Source: Candidatus Omnitrophota bacterium (GTDB lineage: Bacteria > Omnitrophota > Gorgyraeia > M55B152). Taken from it: DNA of 52,505 nt. The notes below the pieces were generated by a model. That model did not search any database and had not been told where the DNA came from. It saw nothing but the letters and a program-made list of their open reading frames with translations. A program made the translations under genes and the position numbers. The stretch lies in assembly GCA_018399975.1 (NCBI GenBank), contig JAGYNU010000002.1, positions 1 to 52,505 on the forward strand, read 5' to 3'. Of this stretch, positions 17,807-28,050 are shown in pieces (the stretch's first letter is position 1; each line of letters begins with the position of its first letter).

Positions 17807-18556
17807 TTAATGAATCTGGCTTAAAATCTCCGGACCTTTATTTGAAAGATAAACTGTATGTTCAAAATGAGCACTTGGTAAATTGTCTTTAGTTACAGTA
17901 GTCCATCCATCCTTTAAAATTTCTACTTCCCAAGTACCCATATTAACCATTACTTCAATAGCAAATATCATCCCTGGTTTTAAAACTAAACCTCTACCAG
18001 GTTTCCCAAAATTAGGTATTTGCGGATCTTCATGAAGCTCTATTCCAACTCCATGTCCTACAAATTGTCTTACTACCGAATATCCATTTGCTTCAGCATG
18101 TTTTTGTATCTGATGTGATATATCAGATATTTTACCCCCAACTTGAAATTTTTCTATGGCTTTAAACAAGCATTCCTTCGTAACAGAAACCAACCTCTTT
18201 TTTTTCTCAGAAGCTTTAGGCATAGAAAAAGTGAAAGCCGAATCAGAAAAAAAACCATTTAAGTTAACTCCCGCATCGATACTTACAATATCTGTATCTT
18301 TAATCTTTGTATCAGAAGGAATACCATGTATTACAACCTCATTTAAAGAAACACAAATGCCAGCTGGATATCCTCTATAATTTTTAAAAGCAGGTTTACC
18401 ACCATTAGACAATATATAATCTTCTGCTATTTTTGAAAGAACGCTTGTTTTTACTCCAACTCTTATATTTTCCTTAATTTCTTTTAATGTCTTTGCTAAC
18501 AAAACTGAAGATTTTCTTATTTGCTCAATTTCTCTATTAGTTTTTATATATATCAT
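17807..18556 (-). CDS. map: Type I methionine aminopeptidase
   Basis: Metal-ligand context VIHGIP, DAGV, GHGVG and EHTV. Confidence 0.9.
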   Translation of the reverse strand: MIYIKTNREIEQIRKSSVLLAKTLKEIKENIRVGVKTSVLSKIAEDYILSNGGKPAFKNYRGYPAGICVSLNEVVIHGIPSDTKIKDTDIVSIDAGVNLNGFFSDSAFTFSMPKASEKKKRLVSVTKECLFKAIEKFQVGGKISDISHQIQKHAEANGYSVVRQFVGHGVGIELHEDPQIPNFGKPGRGLVLKPGMIFAIEVMVNMGTWEVEILKDGWTTVTKDNLPSAHFEHTVYLSNKGPEILSQIH

Positions 18557-18575
18557 ATAATTAAAGTAATTAAAG

Positions 18576-19235
18576 TTATCTGACTAAATTTCTTTTTTCT
18601 AATATTTTTTCTACTTCTAAAAAAACTTTACTCGCTTTTTTATTTCCATCTAATTCTTCTACTATATTTTTATTATTATAATAATCCAATAAAGGTTCTA
18701 TTTGCTTTTTATAAACTTTTAATCGTTGCTTTACTACTTCCGGTTTGTCATCATCACGCTGTATTAAATCTGAGTTGCACTTATCACATTTACCTTCAAT
18801 TCGAGGTTTTCTATTAACTATATGATAATTGGCCCCGCATTTACTACAAATTCTTCTTCCAGATAACCTTTGTATAGCTACCTCATCAGATGTATTAAAA
18901 TATAAAACTAACTCTATAGGTTTACCAAATGATTTCAGTTCTTTATCTAATCCAATAGCCTGATTTTCGGTGCGAGGAAAACCGTCTAATATAAAATTTT
19001 GCCCAATATTATCTTCTTTCAACTTACTAATTAAAATATTTATAACAATTTCATCAGGAACTAATTCTCCTCGCTTCATATAATTTTCGGCTTCTTTTCC
19101 AATCTTCGTACTTTTTCTCACTGCTTCTCTTAGAAGCTGCCCTGTAGAAACATGGAAAACCTTAAAATTTTCCGAAATTATCTCTGCTTGTGTTCCTTTT
19201 CCAGCACCAGGTGGACCTAATAAAATTAAACGCAT
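18576..19235 (-). CDS. adk: Adenylate kinase (zinc-lid type)
   Basis: N-terminus MRLILLGPPGAGKGTQ and lid cysteines CSKCG..CDKCN. ATG 19235; the track start runs into the repeat array. Confidence 0.9.
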   Translation of the reverse strand: MRLILLGPPGAGKGTQAEIISENFKVFHVSTGQLLREAVRKSTKIGKEAENYMKRGELVPDEIVINILISKLKEDNIGQNFILDGFPRTENQAIGLDKELKSFGKPIELVLYFNTSDEVAIQRLSGRRICSKCGANYHIVNRKPRIEGKCDKCNSDLIQRDDDKPEVVKQRLKVYKKQIEPLLDYYNNKNIVEELDGNKKASKVFLEVEKILEKRNLVR

Positions 19236-19241
19236 AATCTT

Positions 19242-19321
19242 AAGTATCAAGTAGCAAGCAACAAGTATCAAGTAAGAAATTGTTTATACCAACTTGTTAC
19301 TTGTTACCTGAAACTTGTTAC
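19242..19321. repeat. Two heptamer-word blocks in opposite orientation (AAGTATC/AAGTAGC... then CTTGTTA/CTTGTTACC...)
   Basis: Read directly from the sequence. The blocks are partially complementary and sit in the secY-adk spacer. Confidence 0.7.
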
Positions 19322-19342
19322 AGTTTTTGTTTATATAATTAT

Positions 19343-20689
19343 CTATCTTCTTCCTCTAATTCTTCCTTTTTTCATAAAACCTTCATAATGCCTCATTAAA
19401 AGCTGAGATTCTATTTGCCTCATTGTATCAAGCAAAACACCAACTACAATAAGTATAGCAGTGCCTCCAAAAAATGAAGCTACCAAATATGGTATCTTTA
19501 ACCAACCACTTATAAGATCCGGCAACAAAGCTATAATAGACAAAAATATTGCCCCTGCTAAAGTAATTCTAGTCATTATAAAATCCAAATGGTTAGCAGT
19601 AGACCTCCCCGACCTAACTCCTGGAATAAAACCACCATATTGTTTCATATTATCAGCTATATCCTGGGGATTAAAAGTAATAGCAGTATAAAAATAACAA
19701 AAGAATATAATTAAACCCGTATATAAAATAGAATATAATACTCCTCTTCCGCTTAACGAAGTAGCTATCGCCTGAATTATAGGATGCGGAATCAAACCAG
19801 CAATAGTGGCTGGAAATAAAATAATAGATTGAGCAAAAATAATAGGGATAACACCCGCTTGATTAACTCTCAACGGTATATATGTGCTTTGCCCTCCATA
19901 TACTTTTCTTCCAATAACTCTTTTAGCATATTGAACTGGAATTTTTCTCTGGCCTTGTGTAATTATAATTACACCAACTATAACACCTATAAGCATAGCA
20001 GCCATAAAAATTAAAGTTAAAGGTTCGATTTGACTACGCTGAGGATCTAAAGGAGACAATAAAGCAAATAACTGATAACCAGCAGCTGGAATTCTGGAAA
20101 TTATTCCAGCTGTAATTATCAAAGAAATACCATTACCAATACCATATTCTGTAATTTGCTCTCCTAACCACATAATAAAAAGTGTACCTGTAGTTAATGT
20201 TATCATAGTCAATAACCTAAACCCTAAACCGGGATGTAAAACAATTTGCAAATTCTCGAATCTTGCAGGATTTTCTAACCACATACTTATAAAAAACGAC
20301 TGTACTAAACATAAAAATAACGTAGCATACCTAGTATATTGCGTAATTTTCCTGCGTCCTTCTTCTCCCTCTTTGGCTAATTTTTCTAATGCAGGAATAA
20401 CTGCTGTTAAAAGCTGCATAATAATTGACGCAGAAATGTAAGGCATAATACCTAAACCAAAAATAGCCGCCCGCTTCATAGCTCCACCAGCAAACATATT
20501 TATAATACCAAACAGTGTTCCGCCTTGAGTTTGAGCTAATCTGTCAAAAAATTGAGCTAATGCCTGCGTATTTATGCCTGGAAGAGGAATATAAGAACCT
20601 ACTCTGTAAACTGCCAGCAAACCCAAAGTAAAAAGTATCTTTTTCTTTAAATCTTGTATTTTAAATGCATTTAAAAGTGCTTGTATCAT
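19343..20689 (-). CDS. secY: Preprotein translocase subunit SecY
   Basis: 448 aa, about ten TM segments, and GIMPYISASII. It follows rplO. Confidence 0.95.
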   Translation of the reverse strand: MIQALLNAFKIQDLKKKILFTLGLLAVYRVGSYIPLPGINTQALAQFFDRLAQTQGGTLFGIINMFAGGAMKRAAIFGLGIMPYISASIIMQLLTAVIPALEKLAKEGEEGRRKITQYTRYATLFLCLVQSFFISMWLENPARFENLQIVLHPGLGFRLLTMITLTTGTLFIMWLGEQITEYGIGNGISLIITAGIISRIPAAGYQLFALLSPLDPQRSQIEPLTLIFMAAMLIGVIVGVIIITQGQRKIPVQYAKRVIGRKVYGGQSTYIPLRVNQAGVIPIIFAQSIILFPATIAGLIPHPIIQAIATSLSGRGVLYSILYTGLIIFFCYFYTAITFNPQDIADNMKQYGGFIPGVRSGRSTANHLDFIMTRITLAGAIFLSIIALLPDLISGWLKIPYLVASFFGGTAILIVVGVLLDTMRQIESQLLMRHYEGFMKKGRIRGRR

Positions 20690-20707
20690 AACTAATTTAA
20701 TTTTTTA

Positions 20708-21160
20708 TCAATTATTACGTAATATTACTACTTCTCCACCGGCTTTTTCTATTTTTTCCTTAGCAGATTTAGAAAATTTATGCGCTTCTATTTTTAACTT
20801 CTTTTCTATTTCACCAGACGCTAATATTTTTACCGGTACAGATTTTTTCTTAATAATACCTTTTTCTTTTAATTTATCTAAGGTAATATGTTCATTATCT
20901 TTAAAATTAGACAATTTACTTAAGTTAACAATCTGATATTCTTTTGAAAGGAAATTATTAAATCCTCTTTTAGGAATTCTTCTTATTAAAGGCATTTGTC
21001 CGCCTTCAAAACCTAATCTTTTTTTTCTTCCGGAACGAGATTTTTCTCCTTTATGCCCTCTCCCTGAAGTTTTTCCCCTTCCAGACCCTATTCCGCGCCC
21101 TAATTTTCTTTTTTTTCTATTTGGATTCGGGCTCTTTTTCAATACGTTTTTTATCTGCAT
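20708..21160 (-). CDS. rplO: 50S ribosomal protein L15
   Basis: Sequence [22 protein letters not shown]. Confidence 0.95.
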   Translation of the reverse strand: MQIKNVLKKSPNPNRKKRKLGRGIGSGRGKTSGRGHKGEKSRSGRKKRLGFEGGQMPLIRRIPKRGFNNFLSKEYQIVNLSKLSNFKDNEHITLDKLKEKGIIKKKSVPVKILASGEIEKKLKIEAHKFSKSAKEKIEKAGGEVVILRNN

Positions 21161-21686
21161 AATCTTTACCTTTTTTTCTAATTTGAACTACTTCAGGAGA
21201 TTTTAAAGACTTTAATCCTTCTACTGCAGCTTTTAAAATATTAAGAGAATTACTTGAACCAAATGATTTGGTAAGTATATCTTTAATTCCTACAGATTCA
21301 CAAACAGCTCTTACAGGGCCACCTGCAACTACTCCAGTACCTTCAGAAGCAGGTCTTAATAAAACTCTCGCTGAACCAAATTTACCTACTACTTCATGCG
21401 GTATAGTATTTTTACTTATCGAAATAGTAAACATATTCCTGCGTGCACGAATTAAAGCTTTTTTAATAGCTCCAGAAACTTCATTTGCTTTACCATAGCC
21501 ATATCCAACTTTATTAATCTCATCGCCTACTACAACAAGAGAAGTAAAAGAAAACCTCCTTCCTCCTTTTACAACAGTAGAAACTCTATTAACATCTACT
21601 ACTTTTTCTACTAAAGTTTCTTTTTGTTCCTCTTCTTTTTTTTGAATTTCTTCATCAACTTTTCTTTTTTCTTTTTCTCCATTCAT
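21117..21686 (-). CDS. rpsE: 30S ribosomal protein S5 (Lys/Glu-rich N-terminal extension)
   Basis: Motifs [16 protein letters not shown] and [13 protein letters not shown]. It overlaps rplO by 44 nt. Confidence 0.95.
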   Translation of the reverse strand: MNGEKEKRKVDEEIQKKEEEQKETLVEKVVDVNRVSTVVKGGRRFSFTSLVVVGDEINKVGYGYGKANEVSGAIKKALIRARRNMFTISISKNTIPHEVVGKFGSARVLLRPASEGTGVVAGGPVRAVCESVGIKDILTKSFGSSNSLNILKAAVEGLKSLKSPEVVQIRKKGKDYADKKRIEKEPESK

Positions 21687-21701
21687 ATTGACCTTTCCTA
21701 T

Positions 21702-22064
21702 TTAAAAATCCAATCCATTTTCCCTGGCAGCATCTGCTAAACTCTTTATTCGACCATGATAACTAAATCTACCTCTATCAAATTTAACTTTTTTAATGCC
21801 CTTTTCTTTACTTTTATCAGCAATCAATTTGCCAAGAAAAACAGCAGCTTTTTTATTCCCGCCATACTTATTATGACTCTTAAATTGTTTTTCTAATGTG
21901 GAAGCAGATAATATTGTTTTACCAGAAACATCATCAATAAGCTGGACATACAAATTATTTAAACTTCTATAAACAGATAATCTGGGTTTATCAGAAACTC
22001 CAAAAATCTTTTTTCTCACTCTACTTTTTCTCTTTTCCCTACGTTCCTTAATTTTTTTCTCCAT
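21702..22064 (-). CDS. rplR: 50S ribosomal protein L18
   Basis: Motifs [19 protein letters not shown] and [27 protein letters not shown] 22064 has a GAGGA SD; ATG 22076 has none. Confidence 0.9.
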   Translation of the reverse strand: MEKKIKERREKRKSRVRKKIFGVSDKPRLSVYRSLNNLYVQLIDDVSGKTILSASTLEKQFKSHNKYGGNKKAAVFLGKLIADKSKEKGIKKVKFDRGRFSYHGRIKSLADAARENGLDF

Positions 22065-22082
22065 AATTATCCTCATTACTAA

Positions 22083-22622
22083 CTAAGCAATTGCTTTACC
22101 AACTTTTCTCCTAACTCTTTCGTTTTCATACCTGATACCTTTACCTTTATAAGGTTCAGGTTTATAAAATTCTCTTATTTCAGCCGCAACTTCTCCAACT
22201 TTAGCCTTATCAATACCAGAGATTATCAACTCTTTATTCTCTCCAATCTTAATCTCAATATCTTTAGGAATATTATAATTAATCGGATGAGAAAAACCTA
22301 ATTGCAATTCAAGAATTTTCCCTTTAACCTGAGATCTAAAACCTACTCCTTCAATAATTAACTTTTTCTCATAGCCCTCTTTTACACCTAATATCATATT
22401 TTGTATAAGCGATCGAACTAAACCATGTAAAGACCTTACATTCTTTGATTCACTTTTTCTTTCTACTATAATGCTTTTATCATTTTTATCTACCGATATT
22501 TTAGTATTAGGTATCTTATACTCAAGTTCACCCTTTGGGCCTTTAACGGCAATCATCCTTCCATTTATTTTTACTTCCACACCATCTAAAATTTCAATTG
22601 GTTTTTTTCCTACTCTAGACAT
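22083..22622 (-). CDS. rplF: 50S ribosomal protein L6
   Basis: N-terminus MSRVGKKPIEI. AAGGAG SD upstream of ATG 22622. The track start is over-extended into the leader module. Confidence 0.95.
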   Translation of the reverse strand: MSRVGKKPIEILDGVEVKINGRMIAVKGPKGELEYKIPNTKISVDKNDKSIIVERKSESKNVRSLHGLVRSLIQNMILGVKEGYEKKLIIEGVGFRSQVKGKILELQLGFSHPINYNIPKDIEIKIGENKELIISGIDKAKVGEVAAEIREFYKPEPYKGKGIRYENERVRRKVGKAIA

Positions 22623-22644
22623 CCCTATTTCTCCTTTAATGTTC

Positions 22645-22716
22645 AATGAGGTCATAATTTACGGAATTTTGTCGTAAATTATATGACCAAATTAATCCGC
22701 CAATTTTTATGGCGGA
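22645..22716. repeat. Leader hairpin module, copy at the rplF 5' region
   Basis: AATGAG, then stem GGTCATAATTTACG / CGTAAATTAT(AT)GACC, then AAATTAATCCGCC-loop-GGCGGA. Confidence 0.8.
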
Positions 22717-22881
22717 TGCTATCTACTTCGTTTGTTTTTTAGGTCAATTAGAGCAATTAGAAATTTTTCCCTTTCTATTTTTCCCTTTCGGCTTTCAGCT
22801 ATGAGCTTTTAACTATGAACTAAGAGCTCATTTATTTTTGTGGCGGAAGCTAAAAACCCATTTATCCTTATAACGAATAAT

Positions 22882-23280
22882 TTACCAAATATAACAAACT
22901 ACTTCTCCACCAATACCCATTGACCTTGCCTTTTCTCCGCTCAAAACTCCTTTAGAAGTTGTCAATACACACGTTCCTAATCCATTTAAAACCTTCGGTA
23001 TCTCTGAAGAATTTTTATAAACCCTTAAACCAGGTTTGGAAATTCTTTTTATTCCAGAAATAAAATTATCCCCATTTGAATCATAACGTAAATATACACG
23101 CAACTTTCCACTTTTATTATCTTTTATCTCACGAAAATCTTTTATAAATCCCTCTTGTTTAAATATCTGGATTATTTCTTTAAGCAAATTAGATTTATCT
23201 ATTTCAACTACCTTTTTACCTCTTTGAATGCCATTTCTTATTACAGTTAAACCATCTGCTATAAAATCTGACCTTGCCAT
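22882..23280 (-). CDS. rpsH: 30S ribosomal protein S8
   Basis: Motifs DFIADGLTVIRNG and GGEVVCYIW. Confidence 0.95.
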   Translation of the reverse strand: MARSDFIADGLTVIRNGIQRGKKVVEIDKSNLLKEIIQIFKQEGFIKDFREIKDNKSGKLRVYLRYDSNGDNFISGIKRISKPGLRVYKNSSEIPKVLNGLGTCVLTTSKGVLSGEKARSMGIGGEVVCYIW

Positions 23281-23309
23281 TAAAAGCTCCTTGTCTTTTT
23301 AATACAAAA

Positions 23310-23495
23310 TTACCAACTTGCTTTACGTATGCCAGGAATTAGCCCTTTCGATGCTAATTCTCTAAAACAGATACGGCATAATTTAAATTTTCTCATATAT
23401 CCACGTGACCTTCCACAAATTTGGCATCTATTATACTCTCTGACTTTAAATTTTTGTTCTTTTTGTGATTTTTCTATTAGTGCTTTTTTAGCCAT
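23310..23495 (-). CDS. rpsZ: 30S ribosomal protein S14, zinc-binding type Z (61 aa)
   Basis: N-terminus [33 protein letters not shown] with a second CRIC. ATG 23495; the track ORF is over-extended into rplE. Confidence 0.9.
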   Translation of the reverse strand: MAKKALIEKSQKEQKFKVREYNRCQICGRSRGYMRKFKLCRICFRELASKGLIPGIRKASW

Positions 23496-23499
23496 TAAA

Positions 23500-24051
23500 C
23501 TACACCTTCCTTTTTTTAAAGGGCATACCAAATTCTTTAAGTAATGCAAAAGATTCTTCATCACTATTAGAATCTATTGTAAAAACAATATCCATTCCTT
23601 GTGTCCTTTTAATTTCATCATAATCTAACTCCGGAAATACAGTTTGTTCAGATAAACCCATACTATAATTACCGTATCCATCGAAAGAGGTTGTCTTTAC
23701 TCCTCGGAAATCACGGATACGAGGTAATGTAACATTAACTAAACGATCTAAAAATTCATACATTCGCTCCTTACGTAAAGTAACTTTACAACCAACTGGA
23801 TTTCCTTTACGAATGCCAAAATTAGAAACAGCTTTTTTAGCTTTCGTAACAACAGGCCTCTGCCCTGTTATTTTAGAAAGCTCAGACATCGCTGTTTCTA
23901 AAAAACTTTTATCTTTAGAAGCATCACCTATACGCATATTCACAACTATCTTTTTTAACACAGCAACCTGATGGACATTATTATATTTAAATTCATTCAT
24001 CAAATTACCAACTATTTTTTTATCATATAAATCATGTAATCTGCTTTTCAT
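23500..24051 (-). CDS. rplE: 50S ribosomal protein L5
   Basis: Motifs [23 protein letters not shown] and [10 protein letters not shown]. Confidence 0.95.
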   Translation of the reverse strand: MKSRLHDLYDKKIVGNLMNEFKYNNVHQVAVLKKIVVNMRIGDASKDKSFLETAMSELSKITGQRPVVTKAKKAVSNFGIRKGNPVGCKVTLRKERMYEFLDRLVNVTLPRIRDFRGVKTTSFDGYGNYSMGLSEQTVFPELDYDEIKRTQGMDIVFTIDSNSDEESFALLKEFGMPFKKRKV

Positions 24052-24052
24052 T

Positions 24053-24364
24053 TTAAATCACTTCTTTACACTTTTGACAAATTCTTATTTTACTACCATC
24101 TTTTAAAACTTTATAACCTATTCTTGTAGGGCTCTTACATTTTGCGCAATAAGGCATTAAATTAGAAAGATGTATAGGATTTTCTTTTGCAATTATTCCA
24201 CCTGGCCTATCTTGCTTAGTTTGTTTCATATGTTTTTTCACTATATTAATCTTTTCTACAATTGCTTTATTCTGAGCAGGAAAAATTTTTAAAACTTTAC
24301 CTGTCCTCCCTTTATCTTTACCACCAATAACAAAAACCATATCATTTTTCTTAATCCGATTCAT
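24053..24364 (-). CDS. rplX: 50S ribosomal protein L24 (CxxC...CxxC C-terminus)
   Basis: KOW motif [15 protein letters not shown]. Confidence 0.95.
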   Translation of the reverse strand: MNRIKKNDMVFVIGGKDKGRTGKVLKIFPAQNKAIVEKINIVKKHMKQTKQDRPGGIIAKENPIHLSNLMPYCAKCKSPTRIGYKVLKDGSKIRICQKCKEVI

Positions 24365-24367
24365 AAC

Positions 24368-24736
24368 TTATATTACCTCCGGGGCTAATGATATTATTTT
24401 CATGAAATTTTTATTTCTAAGTTCACGAGCCACTGGTCCAAAAACCCTGGTTCCCCTTGGATTATTTTGGTTATCTATCATAACTATAGCATTATTATCA
24501 AATCGCACATAAGACCCATCCTCACGTGATATATTTCGACAGGTACGAACTATAACTCCTTTTACAACTTCCCCTTTTTTAATAGTAGAATCTGGAGAGG
24601 TTTCTTTTACGGTTAATTTAATAACCTCGCCTATCTTCGAATATTTACGTGCTGATACTCCTAACGGACTTATACATACAGCCTTTTTAACCCCTGTATT
24701 ATCAGCTACTTCCAGTTTTGTTTCCCGCCTAATCAT
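24368..24736 (-). CDS. rplN: 50S ribosomal protein L14
   Basis: N-terminus [18 protein letters not shown] and [11 protein letters not shown]. Confidence 0.95.
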   Translation of the reverse strand: MIRRETKLEVADNTGVKKAVCISPLGVSARKYSKIGEVIKLTVKETSPDSTIKKGEVVKGVIVRTCRNISREDGSYVRFDNNAIVMIDNQNNPRGTRVFGPVARELRNKNFMKIISLAPEVI

Positions 24737-24756
24737 ATTGCTTCTCCATATGTAAT

Positions 24757-25020
24757 CTAAGATTTATTTATTTTTTCTACTAGACGCCACCTTTTTTCTT
24801 TAGAAAGCGGCCTAGTCTCATCTATTATAACTTCATCTCCTTCTTTGAGTTCATTATTCTCATCATGAACTTTAAATTTATTAGCTTTTTTGATAACTCT
24901 CTTATAAAAAGGATGTTGTGTAGTCCTATATACTTGGACCACAGCTGTTTTATCCATCTTAGCACTAACTACTACACCTTTTCTTCTTTTTCTCTTATTC
25001 CTCTTGTTTGATTTTTCCAT
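24757..25020 (-). CDS. rpsQ: 30S ribosomal protein S17
   Basis: Motifs [14 protein letters not shown] and [13 protein letters not shown]. It overlaps rpmC by 26 nt. Confidence 0.9.
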   Translation of the reverse strand: MEKSNKRNKRKRRKGVVVSAKMDKTAVVQVYRTTQHPFYKRVIKKANKFKVHDENNELKEGDEVIIDETRPLSKEKRWRLVEKINKS

Positions 25021-25207
25021 TATCTTTCTTTTCCTTTAATATAGTTTTTATACGTGCTATATCTTTTTTTATCTGTTTTATCCTATTAGGATTTTCTATT
25101 CTGGATATTCTATTAGTAACTCTTAAATTATAAAGCTCTTGTTTAAGCTCTAAATATTTATGGTTTACTTCCTGTTTTGATAAGTTTCTAATTTCTAAAG
25201 GTTTCAT
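24995..25207 (-). CDS. rpmC: 50S ribosomal protein L29
   Basis: Sequence [12 protein letters not shown]. It sits between rplP and rpsQ. Confidence 0.9.
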   Translation of the reverse strand: MKPLEIRNLSKQEVNHKYLELKQELYNLRVTNRISRIENPNRIKQIKKDIARIKTILKEKKDNGKIKQEE

Positions 25208-25226
25208 TGTCGTTCTCTTTCATTAA

Positions 25227-25640
25227 CTAATGTAATCTACCCACAAACTTAGTTCTAATGGGTAATTTATGTGCAGCCAAACGCATAGATTCCCTAGCAA
25301 ACTGCTTTGGAACTCCTCCTATTTCAAATAAAATACGCCCTTTTTTTACTACAGCAACCCAATGATCCAAAGAACCTTTTCCTTTTCCCATTCTAGTTTC
25401 AGCAGGTTTTTTAGTAACTGGTTTATCAGGAAAAATACGAATCCATACTTTTCCGCCTCTATGTACATGTCTTCGCAAAGCAACTCTAGCTGATTCAATT
25501 TGCGTATTTTTAATCCATCCACTTTCTAAAGCCTGTAAGCCATATTCACCAAAAGATACCCTCGAACCTTCGGTAGCTAATCCTTTTCTACGACCTCGTT
25601 GGGCTTTTCTAAATTTGACTCTTTTCGGCATTAAAGGCAT
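25227..25640 (-). CDS. rplP: 50S ribosomal protein L16
   Basis: Motifs [14 protein letters not shown] and ETRMGKGKG. Confidence 0.95.
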   Translation of the reverse strand: MPLMPKRVKFRKAQRGRRKGLATEGSRVSFGEYGLQALESGWIKNTQIESARVALRRHVHRGGKVWIRIFPDKPVTKKPAETRMGKGKGSLDHWVAVVKKGRILFEIGGVPKQFARESMRLAAHKLPIRTKFVGRLH

Positions 25641-25655
25641 TTTTACTCAACTCCC

Positions 25656-26330
25656 TTAATTTATCTTTTCATCTTCATTATTCTTATTTAACACCTCATA
25701 CGGAGATAATACATCCCCATGATAAACCCATACCTTAACTCCAATTGTTCCAGCAGTAGTGTTAGATTCACTAAATCCATAATCAATATCAGCACGAATC
25801 GTCTGTAATGGAATTTTACCTTCCTTATAAACTTCTTTTCTTGACATTTCAGCACCATTTAACCTGCCTGCACATGATATCTTTATACCTTTAACTCCTC
25901 CTTCCATAGCTAGCTGAATACTTTTTTTCATAGCTCTCCTAAAATTAACACGTTTGACGAGCTGAAAAGCTATATTATCAGCTATAAGTTGCGCATCTAC
26001 TGATGGATTTTTAATTTCTTTTATATCTATAAAAATCTGATTGCCTACTTTATCTTGCAATTCATCTCGCAAAGCATCAATACTGGTTCCACGCCTACCA
26101 ATTACTACTCCTGGACGAGAACTATAAATAGTTACTTTTACTCTTTCCCCTGCCCTTTCAATTTCTATATTTGAAATACCTGCATACGATAAACTTTTCT
26201 TTATATGTTTTCTTATAATAAAGTCTTCATATAAAAGATCGGCAAACTTTTCTTTACTTGCATACCAGTTAGACTTCCAATTTTTTATATATCCTAACCT
26301 AAAACTATATGGATGTACTTTTTGTCCCAT
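25656..26330 (-). CDS. rpsC: 30S ribosomal protein S3
   Basis: N-terminus MGQKVHPYSFRLG and the KH domain. Confidence 0.95.
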   Translation of the reverse strand: MGQKVHPYSFRLGYIKNWKSNWYASKEKFADLLYEDFIIRKHIKKSLSYAGISNIEIERAGERVKVTIYSSRPGVVIGRRGTSIDALRDELQDKVGNQIFIDIKEIKNPSVDAQLIADNIAFQLVKRVNFRRAMKKSIQLAMEGGVKGIKISCAGRLNGAEMSRKEVYKEGKIPLQTIRADIDYGFSESNTTAGTIGVKVWVYHGDVLSPYEVLNKNNEDEKIN

Positions 26331-26338
26331 ACCAACTC

Positions 26339-26674
26339 CTATTTTTTTACATCTAATTTTACCGTTATATGAGTAGTTCTTTTTCTAATCATAACTGCTC
26401 TACCCATAGCTGCTGGTCTAAATCTCTTATAAACAGGGCCTTGATCAGCTTTTATTTCTGAAATATACAAACCCTTGATTTCAGATTCACTTCTATTTTG
26501 AGCATTAGCTACTGCAGAATTGAGAATTTTCAATACAATACCAGCTGCTTTTTTATTTAAATTGCTTAAAATAGCTACAGCTTCATCAACATTTTTTCCT
26601 CTTACAATATCAATAACTTCCCTGGTTTTAAAAGGTGAAATCCTTATATATTTTCCTATTGCCTTAGAAATCAT
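26339..26674 (-). CDS. rplV: 50S ribosomal protein L22
   Basis: Motifs RISPFKTREVIDIVRGK and GPVYKRFRPAAMGRA. Confidence 0.95.
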   Translation of the reverse strand: MISKAIGKYIRISPFKTREVIDIVRGKNVDEAVAILSNLNKKAAGIVLKILNSAVANAQNRSESEIKGLYISEIKADQGPVYKRFRPAAMGRAVMIRKRTTHITVKLDVKK

Positions 26675-26703
26675 TTTTTTCCTTTGATTAAAATACTCAA
26701 CAA

Positions 26704-26988
26704 TTATGTTTTTGCAGTAACTCTAGCCGTTGGACCTCCATGCTTTCTAAATGTTCTAGTAGGAGCAAATTCCCCTAACTTATGACCAACCATATTTTCG
26801 GTTACATAAACTGTGATAAATTCTTTACCATTATGTACTGCAAAGGTATGTCCTACAAATTCTGGAATAACAGTAGAACGTCTAGACCAAGTCTTTATAG
26901 GTTTATTTTGACTACCTTTTTTTGTTTTTTCAACTTTCTTTAATAATGTCTCATCTACAAAAGGACCTTTTTTAACTGATCTTCCCAT
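26704..26988 (-). CDS. rpsS: 30S ribosomal protein S19
   Basis: N-terminus [12 protein letters not shown] and [14 protein letters not shown] 26988; the track start 26997 is a TTG. Confidence 0.95.
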   Translation of the reverse strand: MGRSVKKGPFVDETLLKKVEKTKKGSQNKPIKTWSRRSTVIPEFVGHTFAVHNGKEFITVYVTENMVGHKLGEFAPTRTFRKHGGPTARVTAKT

Positions 26989-27003
26989 TATATACAAACT
27001 CCT

Positions 27004-27828
27004 TTATTTTCTTCTCTTCACAATGTATTTATCAGAATATCTCTTCTTTTTACGAGTTTTTAACCCTTTAGTAATTTTGCCCCAAGGAGTAGTTGGATGT
27101 CTTCCTCCAGACGATTTTCCTTCGCCTCCTCCCATAGGATGGTCTATAGGATTTTTAGCAACTCCTCTCGTAGAAGGCCTTCGTCCTTTATACCTGGAAG
27201 CTCCAGCTTTTCCCTTAGATATCATTCTATATTCCGCATTACCTACTTCACCTACAGTAGCATAACAATCTAAACTAACTTTTCTAATTTCCCCCGAAGG
27301 TAATCTTACATGTGCAAAATCACCTTCCTTGGCCATTATCGTAGCATAAGCTCCTGCAGACTTAACAGCTTTACCTCCCTGTTTTTTTAAAAACTCTAAA
27401 TTATGTATAGGAGTCCCTGAAGGTATACGTCTTAAAGGTAAAGAATTCCCAATCTCAAGAGAAACATTTTCTCCGCTAACTACTTTATCCCCAGTTTTTA
27501 AACCTTTAGGCTGAATAATATATCTTTTTTCACCATCCTTATATTTCAACAGTGCAATGTGGCTTGAACGATTAGGATCATATTCAATAGCTATAACTTC
27601 AGCTTCCATATCATACTTATCTCTTTTATAATCTATTATACGGATTTTCCGTTTATGTCCACCACCTCTATGGTGCACTGTAATATGGCCATATCCATCA
27701 CGACCATCTATTCTCTTTTTTGATATTGTCAAAGACTTTTCAGGTTTCTTCTTTGTAATCTCACTAAAATTTGAAGAACTTTTAAATCTGCTACCAGATG
27801 TTGTCGGTTTATATTTTTTAATTCCCAT
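27004..27828 (-). CDS. rplB: 50S ribosomal protein L2
   Basis: Motifs HHRGGGHKR and [12 protein letters not shown]. Confidence 0.95.
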   Translation of the reverse strand: MGIKKYKPTTSGSRFKSSSNFSEITKKKPEKSLTISKKRIDGRDGYGHITVHHRGGGHKRKIRIIDYKRDKYDMEAEVIAIEYDPNRSSHIALLKYKDGEKRYIIQPKGLKTGDKVVSGENVSLEIGNSLPLRRIPSGTPIHNLEFLKKQGGKAVKSAGAYATIMAKEGDFAHVRLPSGEIRKVSLDCYATVGEVGNAEYRMISKGKAGASRYKGRRPSTRGVAKNPIDHPMGGGEGKSSGGRHPTTPWGKITKGLKTRKKKRYSDKYIVKRRK

Positions 27829-27920
27829 TTTATCTCACTTTGTTTGATAGAACACAGATTAAAGTTTACAGATTACAATAAAAGACTTTCTAATATCTGT
27901 CTTCCGCCTGCCTGCCGGCA

Positions 27921-28050
27921 AACACAGATTATCACAGATTTTTAAAACACCACACAAGACTAGCACAGATTAATGATCAAGATACAATTATTTAATATTC
28001 AAACTAATACTTTTGTTTGGTTATTGTAATTTGTTATTTGTCATTCTCAT
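27921..28050. repeat. ~125-bp conserved repeat core, copy III
   Basis: Aligns to copies I and II. It is preceded by the half-palindrome at 27907-27920. Confidence 0.9.

Noticed and set aside
21117-21160. The 44-nt rpsE/rplO overlap as a sign of frameshift or pseudogenisation.
   Set aside because: Both proteins have complete, conserved termini in their own frames, and other gene pairs in the window also overlap. The overlap is treated as genuine.
24053-24364. CxxC-x17-CxxC zinc-ribbon-like C-terminus in L24 as a novelty.
   Set aside because: As far as I recall, a cysteine-bearing L24 C-terminus of the same layout exists in Thermus-type L24. It is probably a known C+ variant rather than a new feature.
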